64,000 bases of DNA from Callorhinchus milii. Its lineage: Eukaryota. The notes beneath the pieces are model-generated. The model had not been told where the DNA came from and did no database searches. It was given only the letters and a program-made list of their open reading frames with translations. This document shows positions 36,746-49,883 of this stretch, in pieces (position 1 is the first letter of the stretch; every line of letters starts with the position of its first letter). The DNA lies in the NCBI RefSeq assembly GCF_018977255.1, contig NW_024704743.1, positions 10,480,001 to 10,544,000 on the forward strand. Direction: 5' to 3'. Made by a program: the position numbers and the translations under genes.

Positions 36746-39700
36746 GGGATGTGAATTACTGATGTGAATGAGTTATTTGTGCACTGTGCATTTATTATCA
36801 CCAGGAGCTTCTGAATAATTAACCCTATAAAATAATTCAGATGATAAAAAAAGAGTGTGTATTTATCAGGACATAACCGGTTTCATAAAACCGTAGATCA
36901 CATGCGTTTGTGTGCGTATGCTTGTGGGGAGAAGGGGAAGAGAGAGAGAGAGAGAGGGCGATATGGAAGATAGAGGATTGTAGGGGTTTGGGGATAAGGC
37001 AGTGCAACCGGATTGAATGAACATCTTGCTCTGAGAGCTGGGGCAGACTCAATTGGTCAAATGCCTTCCTATTTTGATGCAAATTTCTATGATTCTATGA
37101 AATTATGTAAAATTGACAGAACAAATGGATGTTTAGCTGGGTTCAGAGATTGCTCGTTCCAGGCAAGAACAATTAGAAAACATAGCAATATATCTGATTA
37201 CTGCTCTCTATGACCTATCACTCCCAATAACAAATGCTCCCCAGCTGCAGTCGGATGTCATATTTGTATCATGTTTCACTTCGGAATCCGCACACGGGCA
37301 TGAATGAAATCACTTCAAACCATCCCACAATACTCACTCCCAGTGCCAAATCATTTTACGTAAAGTGTATTAGCTGTAGATGAACACAACTGCCAATGTG
37401 CTAATACCCCACAAACAGTCATTAACAGTCACACCAATAACTTGCATGTATTGCAAGCAACACATGCAAGTTATTGGTGTGGTTCATCCAGATAGAGTCT
37501 CAGAGCACTTACACAGTGGTGAAGCCTGATGCTGAGTGAGGAGACTGTTGGCACGATCAATTTTATCATGAAGATTGTCATGTAAGACTAGCTGAGCAGG
37601 CGAAACTACCTTCTCTTCTCGAATAATGTATGTGATCCTTCATGTCCTGAACAGGCAAATGGGATCTCATTTAATGTTTCATCAGTGGCTCCAGTTAGGA
37701 GGTGAGCTCAAAGCCCTGATGTGGAGTTTGAAACCACAACCTTTCACTAAAAGACAAAAGTGGTAACAACCGAGACAGGCAGACATGTTTTGTGTCCACC
37801 AGCTATACTGATTGATGTATCCTGGTGATTTACACTCACAGAAACAGAAACGTTTTGTTTTTCTATGAACCACAATTACTCAACATGTGTTCTGCTTGTT
37901 TTAATGTGCAGAGCTCATTTCCCCTTTTGTTCATCCACTTTCAGGCTGCTTCACACAGCAACACAGTACATGTCCCTATTACTTTTCACTTAAAATCAGC
38001 AAGAACTTTTCTAACAAAGAGAGCTTCTTTCGAATGTTTCCGTGCTTCTCTGAAACCATCTAGAGTCACATTTCTGAGATATCTGCCCTTGCAATAGTTG
38101 TCATGAACTGCACACTGTTGCTATGCCACCTAATACACAAAATACAGCCCCCACCCTCAGACAAAACAAAGCACTAACATTTTCTGTTGATTTGATTCAG
38201 AAGTAACAGGCTTACAAATATTACACAGAAATAAAGCAATTGTTGCTTTGCTGGTGAATGCAAACAAGATCATTATATTTTTAGTCCATAAGTCACTTAT
38301 TGTGAACCTGCAAAACCTAGTTTCTGGGAGACTTATGAACTTTAGTGTTGACCTTGAGAGCTACAGGTATTTGTCTGCATTGTCAGTGGTGACGTTAAAC
38401 CGGATCCCGTCTGCCTGGTCAGGTGGACATTAAAGATCCTGTGGCAGTATTTGAAAAGAGAAAAGAGTTTCTCATGTTGTACTGCCTGACATTATCCCAG
38501 ATAGAATTAGCCATTGACTTCATTGCTTGTTTGTGGGACATCACTGTGTTTTAATATTTTTAGGTGATTTTAAATATGGGTTTAAGATAGCAACAACATT
38601 TATATACCATCTTTCACATAATATAATGTCTTGGATAAAAATAAAAATCCATTTGATATAATAGTTTTTATGTCAGATAGACTTCCTAAAACTCTCCTTT
38701 GGATATACTGTAAGGTTTAGTGAATGTTTACTTTCCAGGCAAAATCAGCAACCAATTTGCACACAGCAGTGTCTCACCATCAGTCATCAAGTGAATGATC
38801 GTTTTGATTTGGGGCATTATTCTCTGGCTTCCTGCTTGTCTCTCATCCTCTCTGCTCAACCATTGGTGGCTGCGCTTTCAGCCACTATCTTGGAAGGCTC
38901 TCTCCCCCACTCCCTTTGCCTAGCCTCCCACCTTCCCTTCTTTTAGATCACAACTGAAGACTTTGTTTACAGTCCCCTCCTCCCTCCCCACAGCTCGATG
39001 TTAGGCTCCGCCACTTTTAATCATTCCGAGATGCTGCCCTGCGTGAAGTGCACTATGCAAATGATAGTTGTTGTTGTAACATCTCCCGATGCCAACCCCT
39101 ATCTCAGGTCCAATACCCTGACTGTCTAGCTCCTTGGTACTTCCTGCTGACATAAAAAGTGCTATACAAATGTAATTTGTTTTTGTTGTTCAGTGTTCTG
39201 CAGACAAACTCCCTGCTCTTTTCAAATAGAGCTATGGGATCTTAACATCCACCTAAACAGGACCTCAGTTTAATGTTCCATTGAGGGATGGCACTCCAAC
39301 AATGCAGCACACTCCCAGCCCTAACCGCATTGAACTATCAGCATAGACTATGTGAGTTCAAGTCTCGACATGGGGACTCGACGGGGAAATCCAATTTATT
39401 ACATCAACCTTTCAGTTAAGGGAAACACACATTAATTGCTGACGAAAGGCACAATTACTTCACAATCATGCTTCTAATTTCAAAGGCAAATTGCTTTGAA
39501 TAACAAAGTGGCGATTAGTTCATAGGCTCAGTGGTGAGAGATTATGTCATTCGCAGAAACAACATCTGACATGTCATACCTACTGTAAGGTGGTTTGCAC
39601 TTGTGACAAATACAGCGGAAGTGGCAATTAAACATTTCCACCCCTTTTGCCAATATTGCAAGCTGAACCGCGACAATAGGAATCCACTGTATTTGCAGAA

Positions 39701-42700
39701 TGCATTCCCTGCCAGTCATGTGGAATTATTTTAAATAATAATAATTTGGTTGCTCAATCCACACTGCTGTGCACAATTGGCTGCCATGTTTTGCCCACAA
39801 AATATAGTCAATTCTGGCTTCCAGCACAGTCCAGCTAACTTCCCATCCTGTTATATGTCCGACTTCTGTGTCATCAGGTCACTGTTAATGTTACTTCCTG
39901 CAAGATAGACATTGCACTATGCTCAGGAAGTGCCACTGTAATCACTTTGTGAAAGAGGTGAACTCAGCAGAGCTTCTTGTCCATAGCGCACATGCATAAG
40001 ATACACGTGGTGATGTCAGTGTCAAGCACTCTGGAATCCTACCATGCATGAAGGGTGCTATATAAATGTAAGTTGTTGTTGTTGTTGCTTCCTGCACACA
40101 GATTAAATGTAATCAGCAGTAACCCTATACTCCAGACACAGACCATATTTTCATGATCTATTTTAACATACGGTTCTGAGGTTTAAAATACAGGATTTGA
40201 ACAAAAACACTCTGTTTTTTTGTTGGTCACAGTACCATGGAAAATGTCTTGCCCGAAGACCTGTGTCCATGGCCCTAAATTGCTCATGTTTTTAATCTTA
40301 AAACTGTTGTCTTAAAGTTTAAGATTGTGCAACATTTTGGAGAATTCTTACATTCATTCTGAATTTGGAAGCGAGTTCCTCACAGGTCTTAAAAAGAAGT
40401 GGGCTCTGAAATTGCAAGATTTTTCCAAAATTCTGCATGACCTTAAATCTCAGGACAATGAGTCTTCAGGCTAAGACTCTGAGAACTATCAAGTCTTAAC
40501 ACTTTGTGTAAATATGTAAAGCAATGATTGGAAATTGAATTCTGCCTTACACAACATAATGTGGATTCTGTAAATGTTGATATAGAAGCAGTGCTGCTAT
40601 TTACAGCAGCTACACAGCAAGCACAATAAACAGCAGAGCTGCTTTCAATGACAGATTTACACAACAAGCACTGAACACCAAGATAGGCCATTTTCAGTGA
40701 CTTTCAAGGAAGACCTTGATAATCCTCTTCAGTGTTCATCACTTGCAAGTGGGTAAAAATGTAATAATTTTATTAAGTGTGCTAGTTCTGCAGCTTTGGC
40801 CATTTCATATGCTAAATGCCCTATCCTAGTCAAACATAGAATGATACCAGCATAGAATTGCGTGGAACACGAACACAGCATCTAATATGTGCCAGGAATG
40901 TCCCACAACCAACAGTTAATCTGCCTTTTTGGATAAGAGATGATGCCAGGACAACTTGTCTATTCTTCAGGCTGATAGGCGCTCAGTTGAACATCAAGTA
41001 CTAAAGTGCTTGACATATCATCCCAATGTGAAAGACACTATATAAGTGTAAATTATTATGTACATCATGAGCAGGACAGAGCTTGCTATAGTGCAGCACT
41101 TTCTCGATGGAGTGCGAGTCTAGTTTTTGAGCTCAAGCATTAACATTGGACTTGAACCCACAACCTTTATGACCCAGGGGTGACTAAGCCAAACTGAGCC
41201 ATAACCATACATAAATGTGTGAGGAATTTCACCTCAATATTGCTCTCACTTATGAGACAAAAATAATGTTTGTTTTCACTGTCCCCACTGACGATACAGG
41301 ATATTATTTGTATAATGTATATTTGTACATATGTTCGACAAATGCAAAGACAATTTAGAATAAAAGCACCCAACTTTAGGAACATAGCAACAGGAGAAGG
41401 CCATTCAGCCCCTCAAGTCTGTTCCAGCATTCCATTAGATCATGGATGATCTGAACCTCAACTCCAACTTTGGATAACAGATAAGAAATAGGTTCATGGA
41501 TGTCACTAGGATTCCTGTGGAAAGAGGAGGGAGAAGCAAAAATGAGTTAAATTGTTCCATCAGAAAGAGATGATAAGAGCACCCAAATTGTAAATAAAGC
41601 ATTCAGCTTGAAGGTTAACAATAATAATCCTTGCATTTCATATAGTATGTAATCAGATTTCATAGCCCTTAAAAGGATTTTACTGTGAGGTGTAGTGACT
41701 GTATATTTGTAGGTAAATGCATCAACAAATTTGCACACAGCAATCACACAAACAGTTGGGAATCTTATACCAAGCCTAATGTGTAAATTGATGAGGTTCT
41801 TCTGGAGTGGCCACAAACTTGGACCTTCTGATTGCTGGAAGACTGAAAAGTGCTGTGAGCATTGCATGATTTGCAAGTCTTTTAGGCAAACCAGCAATGC
41901 AAGAGAAAAAAAGCTTCTCCTCCCCAAACCCCCACCCTCTTTTACCCTGAAGCAGATAGTACAGTGAATGAACATATTACGGGAGTCAATCCCACTGCTA
42001 ATGCAAATGATTGAAACAAGGAAAACACAGGCACTTCTTTGTGGCTGGTAATATAATGAAACCACCGCCCACTTCATAAAGTGAACACAGGAAGGGAGCA
42101 GAGGTAACTTTAAGCTGTCAGATTGCACTCAGTCTTGGACTTCCTGATTTGAACCACGTGATCTTTCACAATGTAAGCAGACTTAATTTATGCACAATCG
42201 GACAGATTTTGGTTTCAGATGTATTACCTCACAGCCTAGATTTCGAGCTCAGTCACCCATTACTGGTTAATCCTCATGTAATGTCAAAGATAAATTCAGG
42301 AAAACTGCTGAGCAGAAATTGGATACTGTGTTTGCTCTATTACAAAATACACAATCATTGTACTTTACAGTAAATCCTGTGACGCGCTTTGAGAAATCTA
42401 CCTAGATGAAATGCTAGAATTATGATTATTATGCATGCCTTGTCTAAGTGAGTGCAGTGTGGATCTTATGGCACATTAAAGTATCAGAGTTTCAGGCATT
42501 TCATCAAAGGATCATGACATGCAATCACATGGAAAATGTTGCTCCAGTTGCAAGTCAGGTCTCTGATCATTATGTCATGGCACATGTGTCCAGACAAAAT
42601 TTTATAAGTTGCTAATTATATCAACTTGGGAGCCCAGCCACAATATGAAGACATCTTCCCAACATGAAAGGCATTAAATAATGTAAATTATATTGTATTT

Positions 42701-42839
42701 CCATTAGCCCAATGCTAATTTGCCTTACAGATGCCATCATGAAAAAATGTGTTCTGTTTGTTCGTGGGTCACACACAATCCATTACACTGCAACATGGTG
42801 ATCAATTTGCCTTCACTTCCAAGATGCTTAGGCACAAGC

Positions 42840-45800
42840 ATGACTCGAGCTGAGAGCCGACCGGTGTATGCTGCGACCGGAGTGAGGCGAGACCAGAGTG
42901 AGAAGGAATTGGGTAATAATCCTCACATTTGATATAGTGCTTTTTACATCTTCTCGATGTCTCAAAGAATTAGGTGCAGAGGGGGAAGTAGGTGTAAAGT
43001 TGGACTTGTGGCCAAGTTGTTAAATATATATTGTAAAATATTGACAATAATCGACAACTAATCGACAACTAACAAAACTTTTTAAAAAAACCTTTTAAAA
43101 AAAAACTAAAATACAGAGTGAGAGAGAGAGAAATGAGAGAATGGCCTGGCAGGTATTGTGCAAGGACTGTAATATGTGGGAGTTGATGGAGGACAGACTG
43201 GGCCCAGGCAACTTCACCTGCAGCAAGTGTCTGCAACTGAGGAAGCTCCAGCTTAGAGTAGCTGAGCTGGAATTCGAGGTGGCAGACACTGCGCTGCATC
43301 AGGGAGAATGAGAACTTCCTGGATAGTATGATGGAGGAAACGGTCACTCCCCTGAGGCTCAGTAAATGCATAGATCTTGTTAATGATCAGGGACAGGATA
43401 GTATGACTGTCAGTTCGGAAGGTAATGGGACCCATGAGAGAGTGGTGATAGATTCTTGGGCTTTAACCTTGTCCAACAGGTACTTGTAACCTGTGTTGAC
43501 ATGGAAGCCTATAAGCAGGGTGGGAAAACTGGCCCCAGCATCTCTGTCCAGGAGGCCAGACATGTGGGCGGAGCAAAAAGAAATGTGGTTGTGATAGGGG
43601 ACTTAGTAGGACGGATACTCTTCTCTGCGGCCATAACCAGGAGTCATATAGGCTCTGTTGCCTTCCTGGAGCCAGGGTTAAGGACATCTCTTCAGGGTTG
43701 GAGAAGAATTTGAAGCAGGAAGGGGAGGATCCAATTGTTGTGATCTTCATAGGACAAATGACATAGGTAGGAATAGTAGTGGTGCTCTAATGAGGGAATT
43801 TGATGAAGTAGGGGTGAAATTAAAAAGCAGAACCTCAAAGGTAATAATCTTGGGATTACTACCTGAACTATGTGCAAATTGGTCCAGGGACAAGCAGATT
43901 AAGGAGCAAAACGTGTGGCTGAAAGAGTGGTGTGGGAGGCAGGGTTTTCAATTTATGGGCCACTGGCACCTGTTTTGGGGGAAGAAGGAGCTATTCCATC
44001 GTGATGGGCTCTACATAAACCAGGATGGGACAAACGTCCTGGCAAAATGAATAATTAGGGAGGTAGATAGAGTCCTTGTTGAAAAGGCTTTAAACTCGTA
44101 AAAGGGGTGGGAGGGTTGGGTGGTAAAAATAACAAAAACATAGGGCTAGTAGAGGACAAGAGCAACGATCAAGGTAACATAAACACTATAGGAAAAGAAA
44201 AGGTAATAGGAAGTTATTACACAATGTGTAGCAAGTCAAACTGTGAGAGAAAAACATTGTCAGAGCATGTAGGCAAGTTAGTGACAGTTACCCAAATCAA
44301 AATTATGTACACAAATGCACATAAGAAATAAAACATGTGAGTTGGAAGCACAAATTCAGCTCAAAGGGTATTATGTAGTAGCCATTACAGAGATTTGGTT
44401 GCAAGCTGGGCGGGACTGAGAGATAAATATTCCAGGCTATAAGATCTTTAGAAAAGATAGAGACATTGGGAAAGGAGGAGGAGTAGCAATAATGATAAAA
44501 AACACTATTACAGCAGTGGAAAGGAGAGATTTCAGTAAGGGCAACCAGGTAGTGGAAACACTGTGAGTAGAAATATGGAACAGCAAAGGAAGTAAGACTC
44601 TATTGGGAGTAGTCTACAGACCTCCAGAGAGTTGTGATTTAGTGGGGAAAATATAAATACGGAGATCATGGAAGCATGTAGCAAAAGCAATGTGGTTATA
44701 ATGGGAGATTTTAATTTTCACATAGACTGGGAGAAGCAGGACACATCAGGTAGTAAAGGTAACGAATTTCTCGAATGTATTCAGGACTGCTTTTTGGAAC
44801 AGTATGTGTTAGAACCAACAAGAGAACAAGCCATACTAGATTTGGTGATGAGTAATGAACCATATTTAGTCAACAATCTGACAGTAAGGGAACACCTTGT
44901 AAATAGTGATCATAATATGATTGAATTTGACATTAGATTTCAGAGGGAGAAGGGGGCATTCCAAACCAAGGTGCTAAATTTAAGTAAGGCAAACTTCAAT
45001 GGGATGAGGAATATATTGACCACAGTAAACTGGGCTGAATTGCTAGTGGGTAAACCTACAGATGAGCAATAGGAAGTATTCAAAAAAGTACTGTGCAGAA
45101 CAAGTACATACCACTAAAATACAAAGGCTCTAATCGTGTAGTTAAGCAACCATGGTGGACAAAATCAGTTAGAGATTCCATAAAGTTAAAAGAAGAGGCT
45201 TACTCAATTGCAAAAGTTAGTGGGAATGTAGAGGCCGGGGAGAAACACAAAAAGCAACTGAGGGAGACAAAAATAGTAATAAAAGGAGCCAAAAGAGAGT
45301 ATGAACAAAAACTTGCAAGGGACATCAAAACCAATAGTAAGAGCTTTTATAAATATATCAAGAGAAAGAGAATGGTAAAGGCGAATGTGAGTCCATTAAA
45401 GAAAGATACAGGTGAGACTATAATGGAAAATAAAGATATGGCTAACTTGCTAAATAAGTACTTTGCTACAGTTTTACAGTAGAAGATGAGGACGAAATAC
45501 CAAGCATACAAAGGAACCTGAAAAGAAGTCAAAAAGAAATACTTAATAAACTAAATTTAAATTAAAAAATGGTGATGGAGAAAATAATATGACTCAAAAT
45601 AAGCAAATCTCCAGGACCTGAAGTTTCCACCCCAGGGTATTAAAGGAAATAGGAGAGGAAATTGCAAATACATTGGTCATGATTTTCCAAAGCTCACTAG
45701 ATTTGGGAATTGTGCCCTTAGAATGGAAAATTACCAATGTCACCCCTTTATTTAAGAAGGGAGGGAGGGAGAAACCAGGAAATTACAGACCTGTCAGTCT

Positions 45801-47153
45801 AACGTCAGTTGTAGGGAAATTACTGGAATCTATCATCAGGGACAGAGTGACTGAATATTTGGAGAGGTATGAGCTTATCAAAGGGAGTCAGCATGAATTT
45901 GTAAAGGGTAGGTTGTGCCTAACTAATCTATGGTTGTCTATGGTTATCGTTTACATGGACTTTCAGAAGGCATTTGATAAGGTTCCACACAAAAGTTTAT
46001 TAGCAAAAATAGAAGCGCACAGAATCGGAGGTAACCTTATGACGTGACTTCGCAATGTTTGGGAAGCAGAAAACAGAGGGTAGTGATTAAGGAACGTTCT
46101 CTGATTGGGGTGATGTGACAAGTGGTGTCCCCCAGGGTTCTGTACTGGGACCTCAGCTTTTTGCCATATGCATCAATTATTTGGATGAAGAAATGAAAGT
46201 TTTATATCCAAGATTGCGGATGACACTAAAATAGGAGCCTCAGCAAGTAGTGAAGATGGAAGTAAGAAGTTACAGAGGGATTTAGACAGATTAAGTGAGT
46301 GGGCAAAGCTGTGGCAGATGAAGTTCAACGTAGGGAAGTATGAGGTCATCCACTATGGACCGAAAAAAGATAGGGCAGAATACTTTCTTAACGGGGCGAA
46401 ATTAAGAGCTGTGGAAGAGCAAAATGATTTGGGTGCCTATATCCACAAATCACTAAAAACTAGTTCTCTGTGCAAAACATAATCAAAAAGGCAAATGGTA
46501 TGTTGGCCTTTATCTCGAGAGGCCTGGAATATAAAGGGGAAGAAAAGATGCTTCAGCTGTATAGAGCATTATTCAGACCCCACCTGGAGTACTGGGTTCA
46601 GTTTTGGGTACCACACCACAGGAAAGATATATTGGCCTTGGAGAGGGTACAGCGCAGATTCACCAGAATGTTACCAGGCCAACAGGGGTTAAGTTATGAG
46701 GAAAGGATGCATCAACTTGGATTGTATTCCCTCGAGTTTAGAAGATTGAGGAATAATTTGATAGAGGTTTTTAGAATGATAAAGGGATTTGATAGGGTAG
46801 ATGCAGAAAAGCTATTTCCTATGTTGGGGGAATGCAAAACAAAGGTGCATAGTCTTAAAATTAGAACCAGACCATTTAAGAGTGAAATTAGGAAGCATTT
46901 TTTCACTCAAAGGGTGGTAGAAATCTGGAACTCTCTCCCCCAAAAGGTCGTAGATGCTGGATCCATCCACACCTTCAAGAAAGAGATTGATAGACTTTTG
47001 GTAGGTCGGGGTATTAAGGGATACGGGAAGAAAGCGGGAAATTGGATTTGAAATTCTAGTAAAGATATAGATCAGCCATGATCTAATTAAATGGCAGAAC
47101 AGGCTCGATGGGCTGAATGGCCTACTCTTGTTCATATATTCCTATGTTCCTAT
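42840..47153 (+). mobile_element. Near full-length CR1 LINE (5'UTR, ORF1 Zn-finger/coiled-coil/esterase, ORF2 EN-RT, tail), inactivated
   Basis: ORF1 from ATG 43141 (LCKDCNMW...CSKCLQL..LRVAELE) and WLKEWCGRQGFQF..DGL. ORF2 has [52 protein letters not shown]. (TTCCTATG)n tail at about 47139-47153. Many stops and frameshifts. Confidence 0.95.
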
Positions 47154-47449
47154 GAACACATGATATATCTATAACATTAATAAAATACATAATGTAACAG
47201 GGTGTACCTGTTATGTACCATTAAATACTAGCCATACATGTTGCAGCTATACTTGCAACCAAAGGATCCATTATGAAATGTAGATTTCAGTGATACCATT
47301 CACAAACCATTTAACATGCCATAAACACTGTGAACATATTAAACAAAAATGTGGATGAGCTTGTTTGGGTCATAGCTCATGAATGATAGAAGATCCTATC
47401 AAAGCTGCTACCCAAAGAGGTTTACTGTGTGATCCGGCAGGTCCTCAAG

Positions 47450-49713
47450 TTATTTCAAGGCTTCCGTGTAGATGACATTTGTAGTTTTTCCTCCTTCAGC
47501 CGTGATGTACAGGTTTTGAGATGAACCCACACGAGCATCCAACGCAGAATTGTCCATGGGAAAAGCAGGGTGTAATCAAGTAAAGGCCAGCAAGCTTTAA
47601 GCTGTGCCCTTATGCTTTGCTAATTGACATAGCAAAGCACATTCGAATAGGGAATTGGAGCCTTTTGAACTCAAACAGGCAGTCACTTGGGAACACTGGG
47701 ATGCGAGGAATGAATTCATCTTCCTCTTTGAACTGACCAGTCAGAATAGTTGCTTCTATAACATGTGATATCAACAACAGTTGAGTACCACCAAATATGT
47801 GCTATTGCATAGCTTTGGTGCATCTAGATTCCTCAGCAGCATGACTAAGCATCCAACCTTTAGTATGAGTTTGTGTGGAGGCATACCGGAGGGTTCCAAA
47901 TAGTTTAAAAACTCAATTGGGTAGTTGACAGCATTTTCGATGTCAGGAACAGTATCTCTGGACACAGTTTCTTGACCAGGGATGTCATTGAGTAGCTGGG
48001 AATTGATCTTGCTGGCAGACGCATTTTTTGGAGCAAGGATTGATTGTTTACACAACCACTTATAATTTGTGAAGTTATGGCTGAGGTTTAGGAAAACTTT
48101 GATTTTGAGCTCTGCTATATCTTGTGCAATCATCCCACAATCTTCGGGGATCAGAATTTGTCTACCTGTTGGATCCACTGGAATTTTGCCATTCCCAATT
48201 TCCAGAAGGAAGTCGGCTTATGCTCCAGCTGTGGAACTACCATGAAGATGGACTTGTATGTTTGTCCTGAGGCTCATCTTCTCCTCACATGCCCACAGCT
48301 GGAAGCATTAAGACTGGCATTCAGTTCATCAGCATGGGAACCATGTTGTATGACAGGTAGTGTCTGGCAGCAGTCTCCAGTCAAAATAAGTGTCAAGCTT
48401 CCCATCGTCTGGCTGTTTTCCCTGATGTCCCGAAGTGTCCTGTCCAGACCCTCAAAGGCATGCTTGTGCAACCATTCATCCCACACAATGGTTTTACAGT
48501 CCTTGATCAATCTGGCTGCAGCTATACCCTTCATGATATTACACACTGGATCCTCTGCATGAGAAAGGTTCATTGGCAGTTTGAAGGCAGAATGGGCTGC
48601 CACCTGTAAGTAGAGTTGCTGCAATATCAGAGGATGCAAAGCAAGTGCAATTCAGCCCCTGGACCAAACCTTCACCGAGATGAGATTGATGAGGTATGTT
48701 TTTCCTGTACCACCAGGTGCATCAAGAAAGATAATGCCTCCTTTATCGTGGTCAACTTTGTGAAGGATACGCTGATACGCTGCAGTTTGATCTTTTGCTA
48801 CAGTCGATTCTCTCTCTTGGACAAAGTGCTACATTTCATCTTGATTACAATTGATTTCACGCAATCCCTTTCCCCCCAATGCCATTAGCTTGTCTTCTAA
48901 ATGTATGAGGCCCTGGTTGAAGATGGCATCACCGTAGTCCAACTCAGTTTGTGGATTTGCACTGCCTAGCTGATGGAAAAGGTGTTCTAACATTTTTTTT
49001 TGTGGTTATTCCACAGTTGTCTTGGATTAGAGAGACCACAGGTGTGCAGCATGATGGCAAACCAATCCCTCAGTCTGATAGTAGACCATGCTTTGTCTAA
49101 TGTCTGGTTCTAGTGGGCATCATCTTCTAGGAGACCCCTGTGGTGGTATGCTTCTCAGAATGTATCGCAGACTTCGTTGTCAAAGGTTTTAAGATCCTTA
49201 TAGCTCTCACGGTGTGCAGCAAAAGCGTTAGAAAGTAGCATTCAAAGTTGTTTTGATGCACTGTGTACACCCTGCTGAGCACGTCACTGGACTTGACACT
49301 GGGATAGACTTTAACAGGAGTACCTTGAACTCTCCGCTTCCACTTCTTGGTCTGAGAGTTTCATGTGAAATACTTCGGGACCTCACAGTAGAAAGGGATT
49401 CTTGAAAACTCATCCTGTTGGCATAGTTCAAGGAATGCTGTTAGGGTGGTTTGGGGAGATTCAGGCAAACTATCTGTAATGTTCTCTTCTGTAAAAAAAC
49501 ACCCTTTGGCCATATTCAAATTGAATCTGAAGGTTTTGGACCACTGAATGTCGATCACGTATGGGGAAGCTCAAAGCTCTCCAGATTGCTTCATTGGTGC
49601 TCACATATTGGCCCATCTGGTAGTATGTTACCTCATCTCTTCGGGCTTTCTCCCTCTCGAGTCCAAACACAGCCATGTTGCTTGCATCCCTTGTTCATAT
49701 ATTTGCACACATA
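47450..49713 (-). pseudogene. Helitron RepHel remnant (Rep Y2 motif to PIF1-family helicase C-terminus)
   Basis: YVCKYMNKG (49713-49687), EAIWR, Walker A FLDAPGGTGKT (about 48697-48730), IVWDE, GDCCQTLPV, NYPIEFLNYLEPSGMPPHKL, MLLRNLD, QFPIRMCFAMSISK, FSHGQ, NVIYTEALK* (stop at 47450). Multiple frameshifts. Confidence 0.95.
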
Positions 49714-49720
49714 TCCTTTT

Positions 49721-49883
49721 GGAAGGACTCTTGTGGGAGGACTCTTGTTGGGAGGACTCAGTGGGAAGACTGTGGGAGGACTCCTGGTTGGAAGGAATTG
49801 TATTGGGAGCACTTATATGGAGTACTTCTTATTGGGAGGACTCCTGTTGGGAGGGCTCATGTAAGGAGGATTTCTTGTTGGAG
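49721..49883. repeat. Degenerate ~15-bp minisatellite (GGGAGGACTCYTGTT) in the Helitron 5' region
   Basis: Repeated gggaggactc units visible directly. Confidence 0.9.

Noticed and set aside
37328..37385. 36-nt minus-strand coding exon with a GTGAGT donor
   Set aside because: Stops in all three frames, and the acceptor side is SINE-derived.
41547..42128. 193-aa ORF
   Set aside because: Partly SINE-derived with no recognisable domain; likely a chance ORF.
47450..48750. Host PIF1 helicase gene
   Set aside because: Intronless, frameshifted, fused to a Rep motif and bounded by Helitron termini.
49721..49883. CRISPR array or repeat-protein CDS (WEDS repeats)
   Set aside because: Degenerate minisatellite without unique spacers; the ORFs result from stop-free repeat units.
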